Source: Trichomonas gallinae (lineage: Eukaryota). From it: a DNA stretch of 42,048 nucleotides. Of this stretch, positions 1-10,643 are shown piece by piece. The notes below the pieces were generated by a model. It was not told the DNA's origin. It saw only the letters and a program-made list of their open reading frames with translations, and did not search any database. Location: contig MRSU01010355.1 of the NCBI GenBank assembly GCA_008369845.1, positions 1 to 42,048 on the forward strand. Direction: 5' to 3'. The first letter of the stretch is position 1, and every line of letters starts with the position of its first letter. The position numbers were made by a program, and so were the translations under genes.

Positions 1-87
1 TTCTACTTGAAAGGAGGAATCAATTTCGATAAGTTTAGTGCAATGGAGAACTTCATGTTGCTCACAAAAGTCGAGGAGCTTTGCTAA
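1..87 (+). CDS. Possible 3' end of a gene cut by the window edge
   Basis: Frame 1 is open from base 1 to TAA at 85-87 (FYLKGGINFDKFSAMENFMLLTKVEELC*) and is more GC-rich than the following DNA. No family recognised. Confidence 0.3.
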   Translation, partial: FYLKGGINFDKFSAMENFMLLTKVEELC

Positions 88-202
88 GGAATATTTATAA
101 ACAAAGAAGATATTGAATATAATACATTTGTTCAGTATTGGACGATATATAAAGTGTCAAATATAAATTTTTGTCAAAAATTTTTAACAAAATTTCTATG
201 CA

Positions 203-1640
203 ATGATTTTACCGAAAAAAATTATTAGAAAACAAAGGTTAATGGCGATGTTATTCCATTAGATATATTGAATAAATATTACATTACTGATTTTTCGGGG
301 AAATCTATTGGTAATTCGAAAAATCCAAAAGTTACTGCTGAAAATGGACAGTCTTTTGTCTATTTTTCATCATTTATCGGTTTATATTCTCGTGCTATAT
401 ACTTTTAGGAAGTTTTAGTTAACTTTCTTCATTCAAATTGCATATTATATCAAATTAATTTGAATACGCATGGGGCAGCAGTATATTTTCTTGATTCCAA
501 ATCCAGTTTTATAGTTGAAAGGCTCCATTGCACCGTAAATTGTAGAATTTATGGAGCAAATCAAAGTATTCATTCATACATATCATTAGGAACTAAAAAA
601 AGTTCAATAAACGAAGAATCTTGAATCCAATGATGTGACAAATACGGTAATGGCAATGGAGCTTTAGCATATTCAGGCGCAAGTTTTAACGCAATTATGT
701 TCTTCATAGTCAAGAAATAATACTTAATGTTATCCCTATAACCATCAACAAAAACACCAGACCTTGATTGACACGCAATTTTTGTTTTTGTTGAAGATGG
801 GGAACAAATTTCTCAATCTTATGAACTTACTGAAAATGAAAGTTCGTCCTCAGCAATTGAACCATCGAGTAATCATGAAAGTGAACTAATGCAATCGGAT
901 ATTTAATCTTCTAATGAGCAAAATTCATCAAAAGGAAATAATCCATCATCTTTTTCAGGAACAAATGATGGATCAATTTCAAACAATAACCGAAATCCAT
1001 CGGATGAAGATCAAATTCCAACGAAAATTCACATGAATCAAAATATTCAAATAACTCAGATAGAAAAGATTCGGAATCTCTTGAAAATCCTTGTTATAAG
1101 ACTCCTCTTGCAACTGAAGCAAGGACTCCTTATCATTTCATACAAATTGATGATCCAAAATACACATTTACTTTTTCCAAAGTTTTTGTTCCAATTTCAA
1201 CAAAACTTTCTGTAAAATTTGTACTATAATGGTTCTACATATGTTATAGCAACGACAAACATTATCATAGATGCATATAATGTCACAGAAAGCTCAACTT
1301 CGATATTAATCGAATTAATCGAAAATAATAATGCAAAAAAGTCTAACTTACTGTTATTTATTATCATAGGTGCTGCTTTATGCGTGATATTAATTGCATC
1401 TTCAATATGGCTCATTGTTTTGTTCAAAAAGAAAAAAGAAGTAACAGAAAACGAATCTGCGATCAAAATGCAAGAAGAGACAGTTCTGAGCATTCAACAG
1501 GAAGGATTTACACATGAATATTATGGACAACAACTGTGCATGAAACATATGATCTTTTCTTTGATGACTTCGAAGAAACACGTGACCAAATGATTTCAAT
1601 CTCATTGATCATGAATCACGTTAATGTATTGAAGATATAA
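203..1640 (+). pseudogene. Degraded single-pass surface protein gene
   Basis: Ser/Glu/Asn-rich stalk with an in-frame TAA at 904-906, then a TM helix (LLLFIIIGAALCVILIASSIWLIVLF) and KKKK. After a frameshift near 1520 the tail reads LWTTTVHETYDLFFDDFEE to TAA at 1638-1640, resembling the NPLW...DPFxxDFEE tail of trichomonad surface proteins. 5' boundary approximate. Confidence 0.7.
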
Positions 1641-1758
1641 AATCAATTTCGGATGTAATTTATATTAATCTTTTTTTGAATATATATAAACCTAGATATA
1701 ATGGAAAATTTCTACAGTAAACACAAGTTTAATAACATTATTCTATATAAAACACATA

Positions 1759-3099
1759 TTATTGTATAAGTTCAATAATTTGATTTCGATATTGAAGTAA
1801 ATCATCTTCACCTTCGTCTTCAATCAGTTCAAAGTTGAACTGTTCCATAATTATTCCAAAAATATGGCCATCTGATGACGCCTGACAATGTTGAATTAAA
1901 TATATTAAAGTTTGCATAATTTTTGCATTCATTTGCAAGTCGTTGGATTCATATATATCTGAAATATTGTTAATGAGTGATGGAAATAGCTCAGAATATA
2001 ATAATCGCTTAATTTGGAATGAATTCGAATTTCTAATTAACTGTATTGCTAAATCGCATGCAGATCCTCTTACTTGAATAGAAGAAGAACAGATTGCATC
2101 TAAGATCAATTTAATTTGATCATCTTGAAACATAAAATTAATAATTTCTAAATCGCAAGGAATATAAGATGATAGCGCGTACAAAGCATGAGTTTGAGAC
2201 TTATTATCAGAAAATGAGTAGCGAATTAATACGTCTGGATTAATTTCTGTGATAATTCGATTTTCCAATAAAAATTTCAAAATAGAAAAAATAAGATTAT
2301 TGTATTCATATTCAGCCTGTTCTAGTTGCATATATTGTGTTATTATAGAATCATTCACTTCTGGTTGAAATTTGCAAATAATTTCTTCTGGATGCAAAGT
2401 AATTAAATTAAGAAGTATCCAAAATGCATCTGATTTAATAACTAAATCGTCTATTGTCATTAAATTCGCAAATATATCAAAAATTGGAAATAAATATTCC
2501 AAATTCGTTTCTTTCATTTTTGATATTAATTTTAGCCAACCAATCGAAAACTTACAAAATTCTTCATGTAATATTCGTTCATAAAGCAGATGATATGGAA
2601 ATTGATTAATGAAAAATATTTGCTGCTCAAACGTGCAGATTTTGAATGTCAATGTCAGAATAAGTTGGGCATTGATTCGGAGCGTTTCAATATCGCAATA
2701 AATAGCCTGGAAAATTTTAGAATAAATTTCTGTTTGCATCAACTCTTGGATTGATATTGGATTTGATTGGATGAGATTACATATGATTTTCATTACAGGT
2801 AAATGGATTTCTATATCTTCAGTCGTTTCTAAGAGAATATTGCAATTAAATATTATATTGTGAATTAATCGAATATCATTACCTATCGGGAAGTTAATCA
2901 ATATATTTGCCAATTGTATACAAATATTGCGTGCAACATCATAATTTTTTTCTTTGATTGAATTATTTAAAATATCATTGTACATCATTAACGTGCTAAT
3001 TGCTGATTCTTTCATATTAAGCTCATCTTCTTCCTCTTCAGCTATTAATTCCAAATATCTCTGCTCTAGATCATTAGTGTCTGCTATTTTATATTCCAT
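1759..3099 (-). CDS. Divergent ARM-repeat (importin-alpha-like solenoid) protein, 446 aa
   Basis: ATG ORF of amphipathic Leu/Ile helices with ARM-like segments (IKSDAFWILLNL, QTHALYALSS, SSIQVRGSACDLAIQL). TGTCACTTT about 30 nt upstream. Confidence 0.7.
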   Translation of the reverse strand: MEYKIADTNDLEQRYLELIAEEEEDELNMKESAISTLMMYNDILNNSIKEKNYDVARNICIQLANILINFPIGNDIRLIHNIIFNCNILLETTEDIEIHLPVMKIICNLIQSNPISIQELMQTEIYSKIFQAIYCDIETLRINAQLILTLTFKICTFEQQIFFINQFPYHLLYERILHEEFCKFSIGWLKLISKMKETNLEYLFPIFDIFANLMTIDDLVIKSDAFWILLNLITLHPEEIICKFQPEVNDSIITQYMQLEQAEYEYNNLIFSILKFLLENRIITEINPDVLIRYSFSDNKSQTHALYALSSYIPCDLEIINFMFQDDQIKLILDAICSSSIQVRGSACDLAIQLIRNSNSFQIKRLLYSELFPSLINNISDIYESNDLQMNAKIMQTLIYLIQHCQASSDGHIFGIIMEQFNFELIEDEGEDDLLQYRNQIIELIQ

Positions 3100-3209
3100 C
3101 TAAAAAAAGACAAAATAACAAAAAGTGACAAAGGCGAATAGTTTACAAAAAGTGAAAAGTTTTAAAAAGTGCCAAATAAACGAATCATTCTTTTTTATTG
3201 ATTGATCAA

Positions 3210-3720
3210 ATGTTATTCTTATGTATATATGTCTATCGTCATTGTTATAGTCATACATATGAAAGCTCCTGCTGTTGTTAATTTGTCAAGCCAATATGAA
3301 AACTCTCGTGCATCTAAACATATAATATTTTTAAGCTCCAATATGAATTCATTTAAAACATTATTAACATTATCTTGTTCAATTTTTATACGATTATTTA
3401 CTTTTATAAAATAAAACATGACAATTTTTATACGATTATTAAAAATTGAATTTTGTCTGTTTAGAATTAAAAATTATTAAAAATTATTTTTTGTAAGTGA
3501 TATTGTGAATTATTAAAGCAATGAGAATATAGAAAATACATATATAGAGGCGAATGCTATTTCTTATACACTAAGCAATGACATAGAATATACATTCATT
3601 GGAACAGAAACAGATTATTTATCAAAATATTGCGCAAATACTCTACAAACAATATATTTTGAAAGCATATATTCCTCACAGTTCAATCTATATTTGAGTT
3701 TAATTACAGGTTGTAAAATG
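3210..3720 (+). pseudogene. Possible decayed secreted-protein gene
   Basis: TCATT at about 3185, then ATG TTA TTC TTA TGT (MLFLCIYV...), a signal-like start quickly broken by stops. Internal 19-bp duplication at 3380-3398 and 3422-3440. Confidence 0.25.
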
Positions 3721-3746
3721 CATCAGAATATTATAATTATATAGAC

Positions 3747-3845
3747 AGAATGGAAACCAGACCTCGAGATTCGTTTATATCTTAAGAACTCGAAATTCTT
3801 TTATATATAATTTTCTTAAGAATGGAAACCAGACCTCGAAATTCG
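3747..3845. repeat. 27-bp direct repeat, two copies
   Basis: AGAATGGAAACCAGACCTCGA(G/A)ATTCG at 3747-3773 and 3819-3845, one mismatch. Confidence 0.9.
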
Positions 3846-4008
3846 AATCTAATTTCGAAGGTATGCGAATTCGTATCATATTCATATAGACATAAGGAAA
3901 CATACTATGCTATTTTTATTTCGAAAAAATAACTTTTTTGCTTTTGCTGACAGGTTTTTCCGATCAAATAATGATATTTTAAATCACAATATATAAATAA
4001 CAAAAAGA

Positions 4009-7000
4009 TTATTCCTTGAATTTAGGAATATCGCGGATTTTCTGAGCAACTTTCTCAGTCTTCAAATCGAGTGGATTTGTAAATCCACGGATCAAAAAGT
4101 CCGACAAAATAGCAGTCCATCTAACCAACGCATGGCCAATATTGCTGGGTAATAAAGCAGGAGTCCTAATAGGACCGACTTCGTAGGATTCATTCTTTTT
4201 CCTGATATCAACGAAAATTAATGAGTTTGAATGCTGGAAGACAACAACGTGAAAATCATTGAATTGAGAGACAATTGTGTTCATGTTCCACGGGATATTA
4301 TTATTCTCATTCCAAACTATCATCACATTATCATTACCAACATGCTTCTTCTTCTGCAATTGCTGTGAATCTCCTTCTTTTGTTGGCATCATAGTAGGAA
4401 TGTGGAACATTGTTTCGATCCTCAAATCTTCGAAGTAAACAGATTGTGCGCCATTTCTATTGTTCTGAATGTCAAGTTTTCCATTATAACGTTTGAATCC
4501 TTTGAGATTTACGAATTCTCCAATTCCGTGTAAAAATTGTTCATATTCATTTGAAGTGTTTTCAACAGTTAATATTTCGCTTTGTTGTATTTTGTCTTTT
4601 TTGATGTAGAGAATACCTATCTTTGATCTTCCTCGATCAGGAACTTCAAACAACGAGCGACATTCACGTAATAATGATTGACTTGGATTTACAACAGAAA
4701 ACGGTTGATCGAAAATTGATGAATAAATCAGTTTTGCGTTTTTCGGCATCATCTGAACAAATTCGAATGGTTTCTCATCAACTTCGTCTTCAGTACTGTT
4801 GCTGCTTAATGCTGAAGGCACTTGAAATCCACCTTCACTCTTTGCTGGTTGCAATGAAAAGTCAGCAATAGGCATAAAAGAAATTTCGTTCGATTTGAAT
4901 GTTGCTTGATAACCGCTGATGAATTGAGCGAAGTTTGGAATATTTTGGACATATAAATCATGGCATTTAGGCATTTTATCGATAGCTATCTTTTGTTGCG
5001 ATTTCATGTCATCGATTGTGATTTTGTATGAACATAATGAATTACTCTTTTTGCAGTATAATTTCATTGAGTCATTTGTCAATTCATCGAAAACGACAAG
5101 TTTTTCATTATAAGAAGCGATCTGAGGACTAACAAATGTTGGATATGTTGCGCAGTTCGTTGCAATAACTTTCGAAATGAATGAATCCTTTATATCTGTT
5201 ATAATTTCCTTGTTTTCAACATCTTTTGTTTCACCGCAAAAAGTGGAAAATAGATTTTGCTTTTTCAAGAGAATGTCAACTAATAATGAAGCAATAAATT
5301 CAATTCTATCATCTTTTTCATGTTTGAGTACGTTAATTAAATAATTAAACATTTTCTCATTGAAATCTGGAAATGCAATTTCGATATTTGTTTTGTCTGA
5401 CATTAAAACATGCAAATATGTTAATAATTGCTTAGTACATCCATCAATTTGCATTATTAATGTCTCTGTTTTAATTGATTCTCTGATTTTTTCATCAAAA
5501 ATTCCCAAAAAGTGAGCTAAAACTTGTTCGTGAATCATATTATAGGATTTGTTGGCAACACATAAGTCATTGAGATAAGAAATCAGCTGAACTCTTTTTT
5601 CATCATTCTTTGAATACAAAATCGAATATAAAGAAAAAATAAATCCAGAAATTAAAATTGTTTCCGGTTTTGGAATCTTCGTGTTTTTGATTTTCTCAAT
5701 CATTAATATTGCGTAATCAATGAAGCACTCAAACTTTGTGTCTATTAAGTTCACGTTGCTTGCTAAGAATAGTAAAAATCTGAATTCGTGAATTTTCGAG
5801 TTTGAAAGAGTTTTCAGGAAATCAATAAACAAATCAAAATTTTTGTCTGAAATTAAATGCGGATTTTTGAAAACTGGCTCTATAACAGCTAAATCACATT
5901 TCGCAATGAAGTCTTTGTCAAATAATATTTCTGGGATCAAGAAACTATTGATAAAATCTAAATCGAACTTGAATTCAGTTGGAAGGTTATTGATAACCTC
6001 AAAAATTGTTTCATTGAAGACTCTGATGAAATCATAGTCTTTGTTTTCACATGCAGCACGCAAGAAGTTTTTAACAAGCATAACTTTTTCATCATCAGCA
6101 GCATCTATTCTTATTGAAGTTAAGAAAAATGGAATATTAAATTTTGGCCATTGAAAAACAGTCGAAAAATAAGCAGTTTGATCAATTTCCAGCAAATTAA
6201 TTTTCTCCAAAAAATATGGACTCATTCTTTTGTCCCTTGCTTTGTTATTAGATGAATGATATGTCTTGCTAAATGCAACAAGACTTGAAATATTAATCTT
6301 CAACAAACAAGCGAAAAAATGTGTCGCTAGAATTTTCGCAATCATTATATAAACTTGTTTCTCGCAATTTAATTGCCAGTATTTTTTGATTATTTTCTCT
6401 TCTGTCCATCCGCTTGCCATTTGACCACTGAATAAATTTAATACTGAATGTGGTGAATGATCAATAATAGAAAATAAAGTTTCAAACAAATTTTCTTTTT
6501 CTTTGGTATTTGCAAACAATAAATCGAACAAGCAAGTGAAAATAGAAACAATTTTGATGACTCTCTGTTCGTCTTCTAAACTTAAGCATTTCTTTGTTAT
6601 GTTAATCATCAAATTTATTGCTCTAGCATTTGTTATTATCGAAGTTTTTCCAATAATATTTATCAAGACTTTTGTCAAACTCGAATCATATTTACATTGA
6701 TAAGCGCAAGGTAAAAAATACTTTGTTGTTGACTCATTCTCGAAATTCGGATTGGAACACATAACATCACATGGATAATAATGCATTAAAATACTCGAAA
6801 AGTCGTCAAAATTGAAATTTTCTAAAATCGATATAATTCCTGCTAAATTTTTTTCTTTGTCCGTTGCGAAAGGATTAAATTCGGAGTTTTTCTCAATAAG
6901 AGTCTTAATAAATGTCACTAAGATGCTAGTTATTGCTGTTCTATATTCTATATTGAAAGATTCTGTCGGTTGAATATTTTCGTCGTAGTTGTAAAAATAT

Positions 7001-7503
7001 CCTAAAATATTTTCGAATAAAAAGTCCCACCATTCTGAAATTGCTTCTAGTTGTAGTAATGTCATCGTGTGTGTAATATCGCCAAGATATTTAATTGCTA
7101 AAGTATAATCGATTTTTGCTTTTATGAATATAAAATTTTTAATTAATTCCATAATTGAGTATCTCGGTTGTACTTTAAAGTATTCTGTCATTATAACGCA
7201 TATAAATGGAAACGATCTTTCTTTTAGTTCGGAAGAATCTTCCAGATACGAAAATTTTAAACAGTAAGCGTATAAATTCTCTTGAGCTTGATCGGAAAAT
7301 GATGTAATATTGATTTCACTTAATGGCGCGGGGAATTTTTTGAGTAGTAATAATGCTTTACTCGGATCGATTTTGAGGATATCGAAATCTGGATTTGAAG
7401 TAACAAGTTTGAGTATTATTTCGGTTTTCTCTTTCTTGATTTCTTGATTTTTCGACGAAACAGAGACAGTGAAATCCGAAAATGCTTGGTCAAAATAGTT
7501 CAT
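4009..7503 (-). CDS. RapGAP-domain protein (tuberin/RalGAP-like architecture), 1164 aa
   Basis: C-terminal RapGAP motifs KIGILY, YEQFLHGIG, MFHIPTMMP and KKKHVGND (Asn thumb intact). Long helical N-terminal region. Confidence 0.9.
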   Translation of the reverse strand: MNYFDQAFSDFTVSVSSKNQEIKKEKTEIILKLVTSNPDFDILKIDPSKALLLLKKFPAPLSEINITSFSDQAQENLYAYCLKFSYLEDSSELKERSFPFICVIMTEYFKVQPRYSIMELIKNFIFIKAKIDYTLAIKYLGDITHTMTLLQLEAISEWWDFLFENILGYFYNYDENIQPTESFNIEYRTAITSILVTFIKTLIEKNSEFNPFATDKEKNLAGIISILENFNFDDFSSILMHYYPCDVMCSNPNFENESTTKYFLPCAYQCKYDSSLTKVLINIIGKTSIITNARAINLMINITKKCLSLEDEQRVIKIVSIFTCLFDLLFANTKEKENLFETLFSIIDHSPHSVLNLFSGQMASGWTEEKIIKKYWQLNCEKQVYIMIAKILATHFFACLLKINISSLVAFSKTYHSSNNKARDKRMSPYFLEKINLLEIDQTAYFSTVFQWPKFNIPFFLTSIRIDAADDEKVMLVKNFLRAACENKDYDFIRVFNETIFEVINNLPTEFKFDLDFINSFLIPEILFDKDFIAKCDLAVIEPVFKNPHLISDKNFDLFIDFLKTLSNSKIHEFRFLLFLASNVNLIDTKFECFIDYAILMIEKIKNTKIPKPETILISGFIFSLYSILYSKNDEKRVQLISYLNDLCVANKSYNMIHEQVLAHFLGIFDEKIRESIKTETLIMQIDGCTKQLLTYLHVLMSDKTNIEIAFPDFNEKMFNYLINVLKHEKDDRIEFIASLLVDILLKKQNLFSTFCGETKDVENKEIITDIKDSFISKVIATNCATYPTFVSPQIASYNEKLVVFDELTNDSMKLYCKKSNSLCSYKITIDDMKSQQKIAIDKMPKCHDLYVQNIPNFAQFISGYQATFKSNEISFMPIADFSLQPAKSEGGFQVPSALSSNSTEDEVDEKPFEFVQMMPKNAKLIYSSIFDQPFSVVNPSQSLLRECRSLFEVPDRGRSKIGILYIKKDKIQQSEILTVENTSNEYEQFLHGIGEFVNLKGFKRYNGKLDIQNNRNGAQSVYFEDLRIETMFHIPTMMPTKEGDSQQLQKKKHVGNDNVMIVWNENNNIPWNMNTIVSQFNDFHVVVFQHSNSLIFVDIRKKNESYEVGPIRTPALLPSNIGHALVRWTAILSDFLIRGFTNPLDLKTEKVAQKIRDIPKFKE

Positions 7504-7962
7504 CGAAAATATCTAAAAAGTGCCAACCCATCACATAATTTTTGACATGTAAATTAAAGAATTTGATAAGTAAATAAATTAGGCTCCTTTTTTATTGGTT
7601 GAACAGTTATGACCAATAATCATCAATATACAATTGAAATTTCAATAAAGAAAAAAATCATGTTAAAAAAAATTCAAATAATTCGTGTTCAGCTTCTGTC
7701 TTTCACATTATGATAATGAATATCCCAATAATAGCTAATAAATTTTATATTCATCAAATTAACTATTATATTTTGTTTACATTTAACATGAAATCAAATT
7801 AATGCATGCATTATACTAAAGTGTCGGGGAGAAGAATATCATAGTTTATTCTGCGACTTTAAAGATAGAGTTCATATAGGAAATAATGGAAACAATTTAA
7901 AGCAAGCAGTATTGGAAAACGAATAAATTGTAAGTCCAGAGAGTAGAATTTGTTAAAGTGTA

Positions 7963-9659
7963 TCATTTGCATACTTTTGAGAATTTAACTTCGAGTTCGG
8001 ATCTCCGATTTATTTGATGCAAAACTGCAGGACAAAGATCTGTGTGCTTGTAGCACATCTTTCCTATTTCTGCATTATCATAATCTCCATTCGTGAAGTG
8101 GATAGAAGCCAAGTTATAATTCTCTATGACTGTTATATTCAGTATTTTTGGTATCTGAGTGAGAAATATCCAATCGAAAAAGATTTGGTCATTAACAACC
8201 ATTTGGAAATCACGTCCGACGGATGATCCAACTAAGCCATTAATCATCTCCATAGCTTTGACTCCACCCATGAAAACTCCTGCACAGTATATTTGGTGTC
8301 TTCCGAAGAATTTGTCAAAATCTAAGCCAGTCATATCTTGTGCCCACATTCTACTCCATGGAGAGCTCATGTGTAGAAATCTCTCTGGGCTGACGTGCAA
8401 AGCATATGGATCTTTAGAGACATTAATGAATGGGTCATATTGGAAATAAGTATCGAAACCGTCACAATAAAGAACTCTATCGAAAGCAGATCCGTAATTC
8501 TTAAGAATGTCGCTGATGATGATATATCTCATCATGATTATTTGATCTTTATCTATCCATTTGGATAATTTGAGCGTAACTATATCAATACCGCAGTTGA
8601 CAAAATCTTCTGGAAATGATCTGTTGCTGTCTGTTAATAACAAAATTTTCGCCTTGCATCCAGCTGTTCTCAATGATCTTATTCGAGGAACAATTCCTTG
8701 ACTTTCTCCCATTGATATGAATACGGCTAAATCACGACTGGAAGAATGAGTTTCGGCTGTGTAATTGTATTTGCATAATCTGCATTTGTCGATTTTCACT
8801 GGACTATAAATTTTATTTTTTAGGTCAATCAATTTGCCAGGAATACCTGGGTCTAGGTCGAAGCCACCTCCAATTTTCACATCGCAGCATGATAAATATC
8901 GTGTTTCGTTTGTTTTTTGAATAATAATTTCAGATTTCTGCGTAATTTGAATAAAACAAAAGGATAATATAATAAATGATATATAAGTGCATTCAAAATA
9001 ATCAAATACGACTATTACAGCAACTATCATTAAAAATATAGTTGGATCTATTGTAACTTCTAAATTATTACAGAAATTGTAAATTTGTAAATATAAAAAC
9101 ATTGTTATGACTCTTTGTACTACAGCTCGATCGATGAAAAATAATTTTAGCGCTTGAAAATTTTTAATTTCTCTTTTTGAAGATAAGTCGAGGTTTCTGT
9201 CAATGTATGTGAATAGAATTTTGGTTAAAACACTGCAAATAGTGAAAATGTAAGTAAACAAGCTGTAAAAGATAGGTTTGGTTTTATTGCATTTAAAATT
9301 ATAGAACTTTGTTGGTCGATTATCATCATATGTTATATTTAACGTAATAATATCAGAATCATTAAAGTTTGACATCATTTTAAAGATACATTTTTGAGAA
9401 GATATTTGATTATAAAAATCAGTTGATTTCAAGCGCTTTAGATAATTTCCTTCGTATATGTCAACTCGAAAAAATCGTCTATTTTGATCTTGAAGACTAA
9501 AACTAATATTTGTTACATAAAAATGCGGATTAATAGTAATTGCTACTTTCTGATTTGTTAATGATCTATAGTCATTGTCTAGGATTATTGGTTTTATATT
9601 AAACAGTTCTGAAGCTGAATAACAAACTTCGAAAAAGATAAACAAAACAAAAAATGCAT
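7963..9659 (-). CDS. Multi-TM membrane protein with a C-terminal GT-A-like glycosyltransferase domain (start out of frame)
   Basis: Several hydrophobic helices, then IRSLRTAGCKAKILLL, FDRVLYCDGFDTYFQYDPF, CAGVFMG, NDQ and VLHQINR. The ATG at 9659 is out of frame with the ORF that opens at TTG 9645. Confidence 0.7.
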
Positions 9660-9879
9660 CTTACGATTATATTCAATTCAAAATTGAAATATTCAGAAAT
9701 GAAAATAACCATATATCGCATTATTAAAATTTTGCAATAGTTGTGATACTTTTCGCGGTTTCATTCAATTTTTAAATCACCCTGAAAAGAATAACAAATA
9801 TTAGCAAAAGTGTCAAACATTTGGCTTACATTTTACATGCGCTTTCGCGCCCGTAAAACTTAATTTTTGACTTATAAAT

Positions 9880-10610
9880 GAAATATTTGACAAATAAAAT
9901 TTCAATATTTGATTAAGTATGTCGCGCCGATAGTAAAACAGCGTAAATTGCAGTAATGTCTTGTAGTAAAAAAAATCGTGCCTAAGGCAATGACGACTTC
10001 TCTGTGTCAATTTGACACATAAATCAAAATATTTGACAAATAAATAAAGCATTTGACACATAAATTTTATTATGACAGATTAATAAAAGACAACTTGCCA
10101 AAAGTAAAACTAGCCAATTTTTGGTATAAAACTCTTATTTCGAAAAAATAAGAAGAAGATTGGTAAAAGAATGGTTTTTGCAAAATTACTTTGGGAAAAA
10201 TGTTTATCTTTGGTAAAATTCATCGGTAAAAAAATAATTTACATGTCAGAAAAATTTAAATTTGAAATTCGAGTGTTCGGACAAAGTTGTCGGTCCGCGC
10301 CAAAAGTTGTCTAGATTCGGACAAAGTTGTCGAGAAAAGGAATAAAGTATTAAATTATATGACGCCACTTTTTGAGCAGTATATTTTTATTCTTGCACCG
10401 TCAATTTTGAATCATTTTAAGCATATTTTACAAAAAAAGTGCATCTCCTAATCTTATACCATTAATAGTACTGATAATTGTAAACTATTACTTTTTGATA
10501 ATCTGACATTTGATGCTTTACAATGTCAGATTTTCTTTAAAAAGTAGGCTATTCTGTCACAATGACAGATAAAATATTATTTGACAATTAAAATTTTTGT
10601 GTCAGATGAT
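9880..10610. promoter_or_regulatory. Divergent intergenic region dense in TGACA/TGTCA motifs and short inverted repeats
   Basis: Inverted repeats at 10003-10019, 10500-10532 and 10553-10569. Direct repeat TTCGGACAAAGTTGTCG at 10276-10292 and 10316-10332. Confidence 0.5.
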
Positions 10611-10643
10611 TTATTATTTTAGTGCACGTTTATTAATTGATAA

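Noticed and set aside
3747..3845. CRISPR-like geometry (27-bp repeat, 45-bp spacer)
   Set aside because: Only two copies, the spacer contains repeat-derived sequence, there are no cas genes, and the context is eukaryotic.
9813..10061. 82-aa minus-strand ORF in the divergent intergenic region
   Set aside because: Composition mirrors AT-rich motif repeats and there are no protein-like features.
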